This document shows, piece by piece, positions 1 to 8,003 of a DNA stretch of 60,251 nucleotides. Each line of letters begins with the position of its first letter. The stretch's first letter is position 1. The notes under the pieces were generated by a model. The model did not search any database. It was not told where the DNA came from and saw only the letters and a list, made by a program, of their open reading frames with translations. Position numbers and translations under genes: made by a program. The stretch is from a virus (taxonomy: Duplodnaviria; Caudoviricetes). The stretch covers positions 1 through 60,251 of IMG/VR virus record IMGVR_UViG_3300009160_000004, one strand, 5' to 3'.

Positions 1-123
1 ACGTCGCGTATAGTTTATGCCGGGTGCCGAAAAGCTCTGTGCTTCTGGAGCGCCTTGCGGGCGGGTCTGGTTCCACGCCTGTGCAAACGCCGTGTTGGAC
101 TGCGGAGCCGACAGGGCCTGCGC
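1..123. repeat. Terminal direct repeat copy 1 (identical to 60129-60251)
   Basis: Exact 123-bp match between the two window ends, probably a circular-assembly overlap. Confidence 0.97.
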
Positions 124-324
124 AGCCTTGGGGACAGAGAACGGCGTGTAGGCGTTCCCTGAGACATCCTTAAAACGAGACATATCGACTGGCTGTGAGA
201 TCGGCCGTGGAGCGGGCTGTTGGCTGATGGTCTGCGGCTTGGGGATTGAAGCGCTGTTCCACTGCCCGCCGTTGTGGGACCACCGTGGATCGTTGTATCC
301 ACCTCCCTGCGTCTGGATGTCCAC
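1..324 (-). CDS. Junction-spanning hypothetical protein, 5' part (211 aa total, continues 60128-59817)
   Basis: GTG at 324, MDIQTQGGGYNDPRW..., open in frame across the joined ends; missing from the ORF track. Confidence 0.75.
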   Translation of the reverse strand, partial: MDIQTQGGGYNDPRWSHNGGQWNSASIPKPQTISQQPAPRPISQPVDMSRFKDVSGNAYTPFSVPKAAQALSAPQSNTAFAQAWNQTRPQGAPEAQSFSAPGINYTRR

Positions 325-473
325 TATTCGTCACCCTTCTTCGTTGGGATGCTGTCCAAGCCCATGCCCGTGCCATGGAGCATGCGCAGTTTGATGATGT
401 CCACGGACTCAGGCTTCCGGGTCTCGGCAATGAGTTGCCGGAGGTAGTCCAGGTTCTGGATTGCTGGTTCCAT
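324..473 (-). CDS. Hypothetical protein, 49 aa
   Basis: MEPAIQNLDYLRQLIAETRKPE...KKGDE read manually; stop overlaps the next start (TAGTG). Confidence 0.65.
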   Translation of the reverse strand: MEPAIQNLDYLRQLIAETRKPESVDIIKLRMLHGTGMGLDSIPTKKGDE

Positions 474-511
474 AAAGAAAACGCCGCTGGCCAGTTGCCC
501 AGCCAGCGGCG
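474..511 (-). terminator. Rho-independent terminator after the capsid genes
   Basis: CGCCGCTGGC/GCCAGCGGCG stem followed by TTTTCTTT. Confidence 0.85.
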
Positions 512-539
512 CCCCCGATTGCCCTGTGACGGGCAGTTC

Positions 540-1130
540 TTAGTAGCGGGTCTTCACGATGGCCAGAACGTTCGCCCCAGTGGTCGCACCCGTGCTGCAC
601 GCACGGCCGAGAACACCAAGACCGTTGTCGCCGGCACCAGTCGTCGCAGCACCCACGCCGCTCTTCGTCACGCGGCCAGCCGTGGTGCCCGTCGAAGCCG
701 CAGCGGTGATCGCCGCGAGACGGTCGCCCACAACCAGATCCGAACCGCTGAGAGCAACAGCCACTTCAGTCGGACCTTCCACCGTGACCCAGAACACATC
801 GTTCACCGCAACGCCCGTCGCCGCGAGGTACTCGTCCACCACGCCAACGCGCTCTTCGTTGGTCGCCGTGCTGTAGCCCTTCGTCTGCGTGAACGACGCC
901 AGACCAGCCGTGCCCGTGTCGAACGACACCACCCGCTTGGGGGCCAGCGCGATGGTGGACGCATTCCGCACGGCAACACAGGTCTTCACCCGGTTGCTGC
1001 GGATCTGGCCCGTGACGGGATTCACATCCGGGAACTGCTTCACAGCCCCAACCCAATTAGCACCGTCATTGGCGCCGGTGACCCCAAGGGTCTGACCAAG
1101 CGAGAACGGCGGATCAACAAGAAGACTCAT
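540..1130 (-). CDS. Putative capsid decoration/cement protein
   Basis: 196 aa, T/A/G/V-rich, directly after the major capsid gene and before a terminator. Confidence 0.6.
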   Translation of the reverse strand: MSLLVDPPFSLGQTLGVTGANDGANWVGAVKQFPDVNPVTGQIRSNRVKTCVAVRNASTIALAPKRVVSFDTGTAGLASFTQTKGYSTATNEERVGVVDEYLAATGVAVNDVFWVTVEGPTEVAVALSGSDLVVGDRLAAITAAASTGTTAGRVTKSGVGAATTGAGDNGLGVLGRACSTGATTGANVLAIVKTRY

Positions 1131-1148
1131 TTCAGATCACCTCTTTCT

Positions 1149-2258
1149 TTAGGCAAGGGCTGCGAGTTTGAAGAAGTTGCGCGGGCTCTTAAATTTAAGG
1201 TTGCCCAACGTTGACACAACGTAGCGATACTGCTGGGTGATCTCGTCGTAGAACGGGCCCTCAGAGTTGAGAAGCTGTCCTTCCATGCAGAGCAACTCCA
1301 TGTTGCCGATGGCGAGACCGTAGCCAACGTCGGCCGGAATCGAATTTTCCGCCGACACCTCAACTCCGTCGAACTCAAACACATCCGTGAAGCCATAGCT
1401 CCGCAGACCGTTCTGACGGCTGACGATGACCCGCTCCTTGTCGTCCAGCTTGTTCAGGAAGTCGATGTACCAACGACGGTTCAGGAGAACCATGTCGATC
1501 TGGTCTTCCTTCGTATCGTTGCGACGAGCCTGATGCAACGCCTCGCGAAGAGCCTTGGTGCAGTTGGCTGCCCAGGTCGTACCGCCGAAGTAGCTGCTGG
1601 TCACGTTCGCAATGACCGGCGAGTAGAAGTCATACTCAGGATCGGCCTCACCGTTGGGCCAAACGCCAGTCTTCTGCGAGCCGCCGTACGCGCCCAGGAC
1701 GGTCGAAAGACCGGCATAGGTGTCGGTCGGATAGCCAAACGGATCCAGTGCGTTTGCCGTACGCTGGGCGCCAGTGGACACGTTGATCGTGCCGTTGGCC
1801 GCAAGGAACGACTCCAGGCCGTGGAAGCGAAGCTCGTTGCCGGCAGCGTAGCCGTCAACCACCCACTCCTTCGCAAGGTACTGCTCCATGCTGGTCAGAA
1901 GACGCGAAGCCATCTTGCCAGCAACGTTGACAAGAGCTTGTGCGCTACGATTTTCCAACATTTCCTTCTTGTAGATCGCGTCGGTCACCTGCGCACCGCG
2001 ATACTCCAACTCGGCAGACTTCCAGAGGTTCTGGCGAGCGAACGAGCGAGGAGTTTCGCCGTTGTTACCAGATGGGGTATGGTTGCGATACTGGATTTCC
2101 CAGTCGAAACCTCGTCCCGACATGTTGGTGCGAATGTTGCCGCTGCCTTCCAAAGCAGCGAACACCTTGTACTTCCGCAACGAGGCGACCTCTTCCTCCC
2201 GAAGGTGGTTGACAATCGTCGTTGCGATGGAACGTGCCCAGTCAGTCGAACTAGCCAT
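1149..2258 (-). CDS. Major capsid protein
   Basis: 369 aa, follows the scaffold-like gene; size and pattern fit an HK97-fold coat (GFTDVFEFDGVEV). Confidence 0.85.
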   Translation of the reverse strand: MASSTDWARSIATTIVNHLREEEVASLRKYKVFAALEGSGNIRTNMSGRGFDWEIQYRNHTPSGNNGETPRSFARQNLWKSAELEYRGAQVTDAIYKKEMLENRSAQALVNVAGKMASRLLTSMEQYLAKEWVVDGYAAGNELRFHGLESFLAANGTINVSTGAQRTANALDPFGYPTDTYAGLSTVLGAYGGSQKTGVWPNGEADPEYDFYSPVIANVTSSYFGGTTWAANCTKALREALHQARRNDTKEDQIDMVLLNRRWYIDFLNKLDDKERVIVSRQNGLRSYGFTDVFEFDGVEVSAENSIPADVGYGLAIGNMELLCMEGQLLNSEGPFYDEITQQYRYVVSTLGNLKFKSPRNFFKLAALA

Positions 2259-3286
2259 TAAAGGACTCCATCGTTAACGAGTTGGCCTTTCAGCCGCTCT
2301 TCAAAACTCATCCGAGAACGCGGTGCCCTCGGCTCTGTGGTGCCTGCACTTCGATTCGGAGCGCGGGTTGCACGCTCGCGAAGGAACTGCATGTTCTGTT
2401 GTGCAACGGGGTCAACGGGGGCTTGGGGCTGCATGGGGGGCTGCGGGGCGAGGCCCTGCGGCGGAGCCTGCGGCGCGGGCTGCTGCATCTGCTGGTAGCG
2501 CAGGTTCAGGAGATCCCGCTGGAGCATTCCAGTCGCGTACTGCCAACGGGCCTTGGGATCCTGGATGCCGATCTGCTGGGCTTGGCCGATGTACGCCTGG
2601 ATGGCCTGACCTTCACGGCTCACCGATCCGTCCTGGTTGTAGAGCCAGTCGGAGTTCTGACGTTCCAGGTCGGAGACGTAGTTCTGCGACTGATACTGGC
2701 CCAGTTGCTGTTGCACAAGCTCTTGGGCCTTCTGCATCGCAACCTGTTCAACGAACGGCTTCAGCGTGTTCTCGGGATCCGTGACCAGCTTGCGAGCGAA
2801 GTTCGCGGTGTAGTCCTGGTACTTCCGGAGAGCCTGCTGGGCCTCAAACGGAGCGTTGGGGTCGATGACCTCTTTGCCCGTCTGGGGGTCGCGGACGATG
2901 TACGACTTGTAGGTGTCTTCGATGGACGGGGGGTTCCACCACTTCGGCTGCTCGGGAGCCTTGGGGCGGCTGGCTTCCTGCTGGGCCGAGAGCCACTGCT
3001 GATACTTCTCGCGGTTCTGGACGTAGTCCGTGGTGTGCGGGATCAACGACTGGAACTGCTGAAGCTGACGCTGGGTCTCACCGTAGCCGTTGAATGCGCG
3101 GTACAGGTTTTGGGCGATGGCGAGATCGTCTTGGCCCTGGAACTCGGGGAGATGGCGGAACGCTTCGTAGGGGGAAGCGAAGCTCTCGCTCTGAGGAGCA
3201 GGCGCCGACTGCGGAGGAGCGGAATCAACAGGAGCCGAAACGGGGGCTTCGGAAACGGATTCGGTCTGGAGAAGTTCGTCGGACAT
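2258..3286 (-). CDS. Capsid scaffolding protein
   Basis: Q/P-rich and helical, acidic N-terminus, C-terminal SFEERLK helix, coupled to the capsid gene. Confidence 0.75.
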   Translation of the reverse strand: MSDELLQTESVSEAPVSAPVDSAPPQSAPAPQSESFASPYEAFRHLPEFQGQDDLAIAQNLYRAFNGYGETQRQLQQFQSLIPHTTDYVQNREKYQQWLSAQQEASRPKAPEQPKWWNPPSIEDTYKSYIVRDPQTGKEVIDPNAPFEAQQALRKYQDYTANFARKLVTDPENTLKPFVEQVAMQKAQELVQQQLGQYQSQNYVSDLERQNSDWLYNQDGSVSREGQAIQAYIGQAQQIGIQDPKARWQYATGMLQRDLLNLRYQQMQQPAPQAPPQGLAPQPPMQPQAPVDPVAQQNMQFLRERATRAPNRSAGTTEPRAPRSRMSFEERLKGQLVNDGVL

Positions 3287-3323
3287 TTATTTCACCTTCG
3301 GGGGGAGGAGGTTCCTCTGGTGA

Positions 3324-3334
3324 ACTAATGTCTA
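3324..3334 (-). promoter_or_regulatory. Candidate late promoter motif TAGACATTAGT
   Basis: Shares GACAKTRRT with three other sites upstream of structural operons. Confidence 0.5.
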
Positions 3335-3358
3335 TGTAACTCCATTTTTGTTACGGAT

Positions 3359-3577
3359 TTAGGTCGCTTCGACCTCCGCCTCCGTCTCAATCCACACCCG
3401 GGCGCCACATGAGAGAGGGCTGTCCGGTTCGTATCGCACCACACAGGGACCGTTGATCTTCACGGAGTGGGCGTACTGGTTGGACTTGTACGTCTTTACC
3501 GTGAGGACGGGGTCTCGCTCCCCGGTCTTCTGGTTCTTTTTGATTACGTGTTGGTTAACGTGGATGATGTGCTTCAT
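3359..3577 (-). CDS. Conserved phage hypothetical protein
   Basis: IHVNQHVIKKN...PLSCGARVWIET pattern recalled from other phages. Confidence 0.75.
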   Translation of the reverse strand: MKHIIHVNQHVIKKNQKTGERDPVLTVKTYKSNQYAHSVKINGPCVVRYEPDSPLSCGARVWIETEAEVEAT

Positions 3578-3592
3578 GTGTACCAGTGTACA

Positions 3593-4198
3593 TTATCTAG
3601 CCTGCGAGCCCAACTCTTGCAGCAATTCCTCTAGCGAGGGATGACGGCCATGCTTGCCAAAGAATTCTGCATCTGCCGGAGACACGTAGGGTTTCCCAGA
3701 GAGGACTGCCGCGGCTGGCCTTGCTAGGAGACTTCCGCCCTCGTCGGCACGCAGCCAGTTGAATGCGTCTGGTGGCGCCAGGTGCCTTGCCCGCGTTTCG
3801 CCTAGTGGGTGGATCGCCACCGGGAAATACGCATCGGGCGCCCGCTGTTGTAACGCCATCATTCTTCCGCGACCCTCATGCCCACGCACTTGCCAGTTGC
3901 CGTCCTTGGACTTATCGACGTACAGGACTGGCGTGCCTATCGGCTGGCCATCGTCCAGCGCCTGCAAGATGTGATCTATCGGGCGCGTCGAAAGGTCGCG
4001 CGGAGGATTGACTTGCAGGAACCTCTTGGGTTGCATGTAGGCCATGAACCCGCGATAGTCGATGTTGCTAGCATCGGGGATTCCGCCAAGTCCGCTCGCG
4101 TTATCGAACTGCACGCCGGCATGCACTCGCGGAGCGCCGGCTGTTATTTCGCCCACACGCTGGATCAGCTTATCTAGCCGCGTAATTGGGTTAGCCAT
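3593..4198 (-). CDS. ParB/Srx-like domain protein
   Basis: PVLYV...WQVRGHEGRGRMMAL resembles the ParB-N GxxR motif. Confidence 0.45.
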   Translation of the reverse strand: MANPITRLDKLIQRVGEITAGAPRVHAGVQFDNASGLGGIPDASNIDYRGFMAYMQPKRFLQVNPPRDLSTRPIDHILQALDDGQPIGTPVLYVDKSKDGNWQVRGHEGRGRMMALQQRAPDAYFPVAIHPLGETRARHLAPPDAFNWLRADEGGSLLARPAAAVLSGKPYVSPADAEFFGKHGRHPSLEELLQELGSQAR

Positions 4199-4842
4199 TA
4201 CTCGTCACTCAATAGCCCATAGGCTATGCCCCCGCCCATGACGCCACCTGCGCCCATCAGTCCTCCGACGATCTCGGGGTTCTCTTGGAGTGCCTTGCGG
4301 AGAACGACTTGCGGGGATTCTGCGGCGAGGCGGGAGAGAAGGTCGTCGTTCAGCGGGAGTTTGAATACGGCCGGGAGTTGGTCGTAGACCTCGGGGTTCT
4401 GTCGGCCGCTCTCCAGGATCGCTCGGGCATTAGCCAGTCGGCGTTCCTGGCGAGCGGCGGATGCGTCATGGGGATACGGACGCGGAGGATCATTTGGGAC
4501 GCGAACTCCGTATCGCTTCACTCCGCCGCGTGGAGGGACGGAAACGTAATCTGCAATCCCCTTGCCTGTCGCATCTGGGATGTCACCGTAGATGTTGGGG
4601 ACAGCCTGCTCATAGCCGCGTTGGCGGGTGACGTAGCGATAGCCCTTCCCGTAACGCTCGGCTTCTGAGCGGGCCCATTCACTGGGAAGTGGAGTGGTGT
4701 CTACTTCCGCACCACGGCGGGCCATCATCATGGCTTCCATGGCAGACTCAGGGGCTGCACGGGGCAGGCCGGCGAGGATGTCGTCTGCTACCCATGGAAC
4801 GAGACCGGAGACATCTGCGACGTAGCGGGTTGGGTTGGGCAT
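4198..4842 (-). CDS. Hypothetical protein, possibly internal virion
   Basis: 214 aa, coupled to neighbours, Gly-rich hydrophobic C-terminus ending GLLSDE. Confidence 0.7.
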   Translation of the reverse strand: MPNPTRYVADVSGLVPWVADDILAGLPRAAPESAMEAMMMARRGAEVDTTPLPSEWARSEAERYGKGYRYVTRQRGYEQAVPNIYGDIPDATGKGIADYVSVPPRGGVKRYGVRVPNDPPRPYPHDASAARQERRLANARAILESGRQNPEVYDQLPAVFKLPLNDDLLSRLAAESPQVVLRKALQENPEIVGGLMGAGGVMGGGIAYGLLSDE

Positions 4843-5546
4843 TAGCGCACCGGAAGGGCGAGGCGTGGAGCGGGAGGCGAATTGCGAAGACGACGGATGA
4901 CTTCGCCGGCCTGATCGACCAAGTAAGTGGGCGAGCCATCGCCATTGCGGAGTGCGCCCATCAATTTCTTCGTCGGCTGATAGGCGTTCTCTAGGCCGGG
5001 CGTCATCAGATCAACCGCCATCGCGCCGATTGGATTGGTCGCGTACATGCGGTCGTAGGCTTGGTTCACCGGGTAGCCCAAGTCCGGCATGGCCGCAGCG
5101 GGAGCAGCCATGAGCAATCTGGCGGCGCGATCCGCAAGCGACTTGTCTCCTGACAACGCTTCCGACGCATGCATGATCGCTTGCTCAGGAATGATCATTG
5201 CCTGATGGAAGACGTTCCGAGACTCAGGCTGGGATTCGCCGTAGGCTGACAGTTCCGAAAGGCTCTTCACGGCCATCGGCAGTGCGGATCGTCCGGTCGC
5301 TCCGTAGTGGTCTGCGATGTTTGCCCCAAAACGCATGGCGACCTCTTGGTCTACCGGGCCGGCACGCCGCATGCCTCGCTCTGCGTATCGCTTACCTTCC
5401 GCGATCAGCTTTAGCCGCCGCAAGTCTTGGGCCCGCATGAGTGACTCAGCGTCCAGGCCAGCCTGCACCGCGTCTTCGTAACGCTCCTTGTTGACGCGAG
5501 CGTCTTCTGTATTCAGCGGGACGCGAGATGAAAACCAGTCAGGCAT
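4842..5546 (-). CDS. Hypothetical protein, possibly internal virion
   Basis: Start refined to ATG 5546 (TAATG coupling); A/M-rich, helical. Confidence 0.7.
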   Translation of the reverse strand: MPDWFSSRVPLNTEDARVNKERYEDAVQAGLDAESLMRAQDLRRLKLIAEGKRYAERGMRRAGPVDQEVAMRFGANIADHYGATGRSALPMAVKSLSELSAYGESQPESRNVFHQAMIIPEQAIMHASEALSGDKSLADRAARLLMAAPAAAMPDLGYPVNQAYDRMYATNPIGAMAVDLMTPGLENAYQPTKKLMGALRNGDGSPTYLVDQAGEVIRRLRNSPPAPRLALPVR

Positions 5547-5812
5547 TAGCAGTTCCACGCCCGCAAGGACTTATTGATCCGAGAGTCGGGGTCGTTGGCC
5601 GTCTCTGAGCTGGTGAGTTTCTCCTTCATGCCCTTCATCCTGGCACAGAAGGAATCACGCCTGGATCCGCCTTCCGGCTGCGGGGCTTTCAAATTCGCGT
5701 TGTTGGCGCGGTTGTAGGCGGCACGGCCCTTGGCATTGAGCCCGCCGTCAGGGTCTTGGCCTTCCTTGCGAGTCCAGAGCAGGCTGCGGATCTTGTCACC
5801 CTCGCTGTCCAC
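5546..5812 (-). CDS. DUF6321-like small basic protein
   Basis: GGLNAKGR...RRDSFCARM...SRINKSLRAWNC signature (recalled). Confidence 0.8.
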   Translation of the reverse strand: MDSEGDKIRSLLWTRKEGQDPDGGLNAKGRAAYNRANNANLKAPQPEGGSRRDSFCARMKGMKEKLTSSETANDPDSRINKSLRAWNC

Positions 5813-5951
5813 TCAACTTCCTCCACTGCTTGGGATCTGGGTAGTCCTTGTCACCCGGCTTGGCGGGAGCTTCGCCGCGTTCACGCTTGGCGTGGACGTT
5901 GGCCCAGAGGCCCTTGCGGAGTTTGCGGATCTTGTCGCCTTCAGAGTCCAT
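5796..5951 (-). CDS. Small basic protein, 51 aa
   Basis: MDSEGDKIRKLRKGLWANVHAKRERGEAPAKPGDKDYP...; below the track cutoff; TAATG-coupled. Confidence 0.8.
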   Translation of the reverse strand: MDSEGDKIRKLRKGLWANVHAKRERGEAPAKPGDKDYPDPKQWRKLSGQRG

Positions 5952-6223
5952 TACAGTTTTTTCATGTACTGGTTGGGGCGTGCCGGGATCTTGTACGGCA
6001 TGTTCTGCATGTACGGCGAGGGCGGAGCAGCGGGCCTCGGCGCCGGGTTTTGGTAAGGCATATTCTTGCCAAGCGTCTCATAACCATCGTGCGGCCACTG
6101 GTTATCGCGGCGCGGTGGCGGGAGAGGCTCTAGCCCCATTTCGTCTGTCTGCTTGGCGCCGCGTTGCGACTCCAGGTATTCCAGTTCGCGCTTCAGTTCA
6201 CGGATGCGTGACTCAACGTCCAT
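5951..6223 (-). CDS. Hypothetical protein (coiled coil plus Pro-rich tail)
   Basis: GGAG SD; internal NMPY repeat. Confidence 0.7.
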   Translation of the reverse strand: MDVESRIRELKRELEYLESQRGAKQTDEMGLEPLPPPRRDNQWPHDGYETLGKNMPYQNPAPRPAAPPSPYMQNMPYKIPARPNQYMKKL

Positions 6224-6266
6224 CAGTCAATCTCCCAGTCGTCGTCAAAGAGGAAGTCGAACATGG

Positions 6267-6704
6267 TTAACGCTGTGCTTGTGCAAGTCGGGCCAGGATG
6301 GCATCCAACTCCATGCGCTTCAGTTCCTTCTCATGCTCCATGCGGCGCATCTCGCGCATCTGAGCGACACGGGAGTCGTTCTCGTCCTGATGAGCCGCCA
6401 TGGTCTGGGAGATCATGTTTCCCAAGACATTGCCCTGCTGGGCAGAGCCCATCGCAGCGTGGTAAGCGCCTGAAGCGCCGTGGTTCATCATGGAATTTCC
6501 TGTGGCGAAGGGTGAGTTGCGGCGGGCGGCTTGCTGATCCGTGACGCGGTCCTGGATCATGCCTTGGGCGTTGGGGTTCTTGGACGGGTTGCGAGGTGGA
6601 CGGCCCTGCATCGCGGCCAACTGAGCTTCCGAGAAAGCCTCCCGCTGAATGCGGTTCTCTTCCTCTTGCTCTTCTTCACTCAGCAGGAACGGCCCGTCTG
6701 GCAT
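6267..6704 (-). CDS. Hypothetical protein, first gene of the head operon
   Basis: AGGAG SD; Q/M/E-rich. Confidence 0.75.
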   Translation of the reverse strand: MPDGPFLLSEEEQEEENRIQREAFSEAQLAAMQGRPPRNPSKNPNAQGMIQDRVTDQQAARRNSPFATGNSMMNHGASGAYHAAMGSAQQGNVLGNMISQTMAAHQDENDSRVAQMREMRRMEHEKELKRMELDAILARLAQAQR

Positions 6705-6720
6705 AGTGGTCTCCTAAGAG

Positions 6721-6731
6721 ATCACTGTCCC
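6721..6731 (-). promoter_or_regulatory. Candidate late promoter motif GGGACAGTGAT
   Basis: 16 nt upstream of ATG 6704; shared motif. Confidence 0.5.
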
Positions 6732-7169
6732 TTTTGCCTAACTTCCCGCGAGCGATTGTGGGGCCATCAGACGGCCGATTGCGTGAACAGGTGTGCAGCG
6801 TCACCCGGGCGACAAATGGGGCTTTAGAACGCATGCCAGGAGCTTGTGGAGGAGCGACACGCGGGCGACATGGGGTAAAAAACGAGAAGCATCGGGTTTT
6901 GAAAAAAGTCGGGTGGGGAATTGACATGATTCCGACGACGATTTGGGGGGGGGCGGGGGGTAGGTGTCGCCATGTCTGCCCTGGCTGTAGAGTCGCCGGA
7001 AGTCTAGGCGTGCTATGGACTTAGGTTTCCACACTGCACCCTGTTCAATCCTTACGGTTTTGTAAGGTAGCCGAATTCGCGGGATTCTCGCCCCGGATCG
7101 GTGCGCGTGCATTGCCCGCTATTCGCCTGTTCACCGCTGTCATTCTGTACACTACCCGCCTCGCCCAAC

Positions 7170-7202
7170 AAAAAACCCCTCCCCCCGGTTAGAGGGGAGG
7201 GG
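7170..7202 (-). terminator. Rho-independent terminator
   Basis: CCCCTCCCC/GGGGAGGGG stem plus T6, downstream of 7237-7926. Confidence 0.85.
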
Positions 7203-7207
7203 TCGAT

Positions 7208-7248
7208 AGTGTACGCTGTGCCAGTGTACGCTAGTCCTACTGTACGCT
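7208..7248 (+). repeat. Three tandem A(G/C)TGTACGCT boxes
   Basis: Copies at 7208, 7223 and 7239; period 15-16 nt. Confidence 0.8.
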
Positions 7249-7926
7249 GATCCAGTGTCGAACGCGGCCGATCTTCTCTGCGTCCGTGCTGGCGTCCATC
7301 CATCCCGCGTCCGTCCCCCTGCTCTCCGTGCCATCCCCTGCCGTGGCCGGGATGCCAGCCGTGGGCGTGGGCGTGGGCGTGAACGCTCCCCGGCGGGAAT
7401 GCCCCTCCCCTGCCACGGCCGCGAGCATGGCATCCACGCTGCCATACCCTGCCTTCCCGGCGAGGATCAAGGCCTTCCTGTAGAGCGTGGGGGACGCTGT
7501 GAGCCTCTCCACGGCAATCGCCATAGCAGGGGGTGTCGTGGGCGTGCGATGGGCTGACCGCTCCCGCTCTGCCATCATCTCGCGGGTACGCTTGCGGTAG
7601 GACTGCCGCCGCAAGCCGGTCATGCCTTGCCAGCCAGTGAGCCGGAAGTAGCGGCGCGTGGCGTAGAGGGCGTGGGCATGATCCCCGGCTGCTACCTTGG
7701 GAAACCGTCCCTCCCGCCAGTGTAGGTACGCTGCGGCTGCTACCTCTTCGCACCGCTCTTTGCGCCCCGGCAATTCCGCCCGCGTGCGTGCCGTGGGGAG
7801 GATGTCCCGCTCCGCAGACCGCCGGAAGAAATCCAGCACTCCCCCATGGTATTCAGCCGGGAGGGTGGCGGGGTCGTAGGACTGACGCGGGAGGGGGCAA
7901 GATGCTCCGTCGTACATGGTGAACAT
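7237..7926 (-). CDS. Divergently transcribed protein, possibly a degenerate sigma-like factor
   Basis: Own consensus promoter, AGGAG SD and terminator; weak resemblance to sigma region 2. Confidence 0.7.
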   Translation of the reverse strand: MFTMYDGASCPLPRQSYDPATLPAEYHGGVLDFFRRSAERDILPTARTRAELPGRKERCEEVAAAAYLHWREGRFPKVAAGDHAHALYATRRYFRLTGWQGMTGLRRQSYRKRTREMMAERERSAHRTPTTPPAMAIAVERLTASPTLYRKALILAGKAGYGSVDAMLAAVAGEGHSRRGAFTPTPTPTAGIPATAGDGTESRGTDAGWMDASTDAEKIGRVRHWISVQ

Positions 7927-7973
7927 ATCTATACTCCTGAGGTTTTCCGGTTCCGTTGTGGGCCGGTTGTGGG

Positions 7974-8002
7974 ATTGTATCGGCTGTCCGTGGCAGTGTC
8001 AA
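7974..8002 (-). promoter_or_regulatory. Sigma70-type promoter
   Basis: TTGACA-N17-TACAAT. Confidence 0.88.
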
Positions 8003-8003
8003 C

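Noticed and set aside
246-3328. Long plus-strand ORFs (246-1214, 1533-2261, 2282-3328; likewise 37040-37978, 48818-49972, 59005-59934)
   Set aside because: Antisense shadows of well-supported minus-strand genes in GC-rich DNA, with no motifs
6921-6950. TTGACA on the + strand
   Set aside because: No -10 element at 16-18 nt; the G-tract lies there
7052-7753. 233-aa ORF with an HAHAHAH run
   Set aside because: Alternative frame of the 229-aa gene, which has the promoter, SD and terminator
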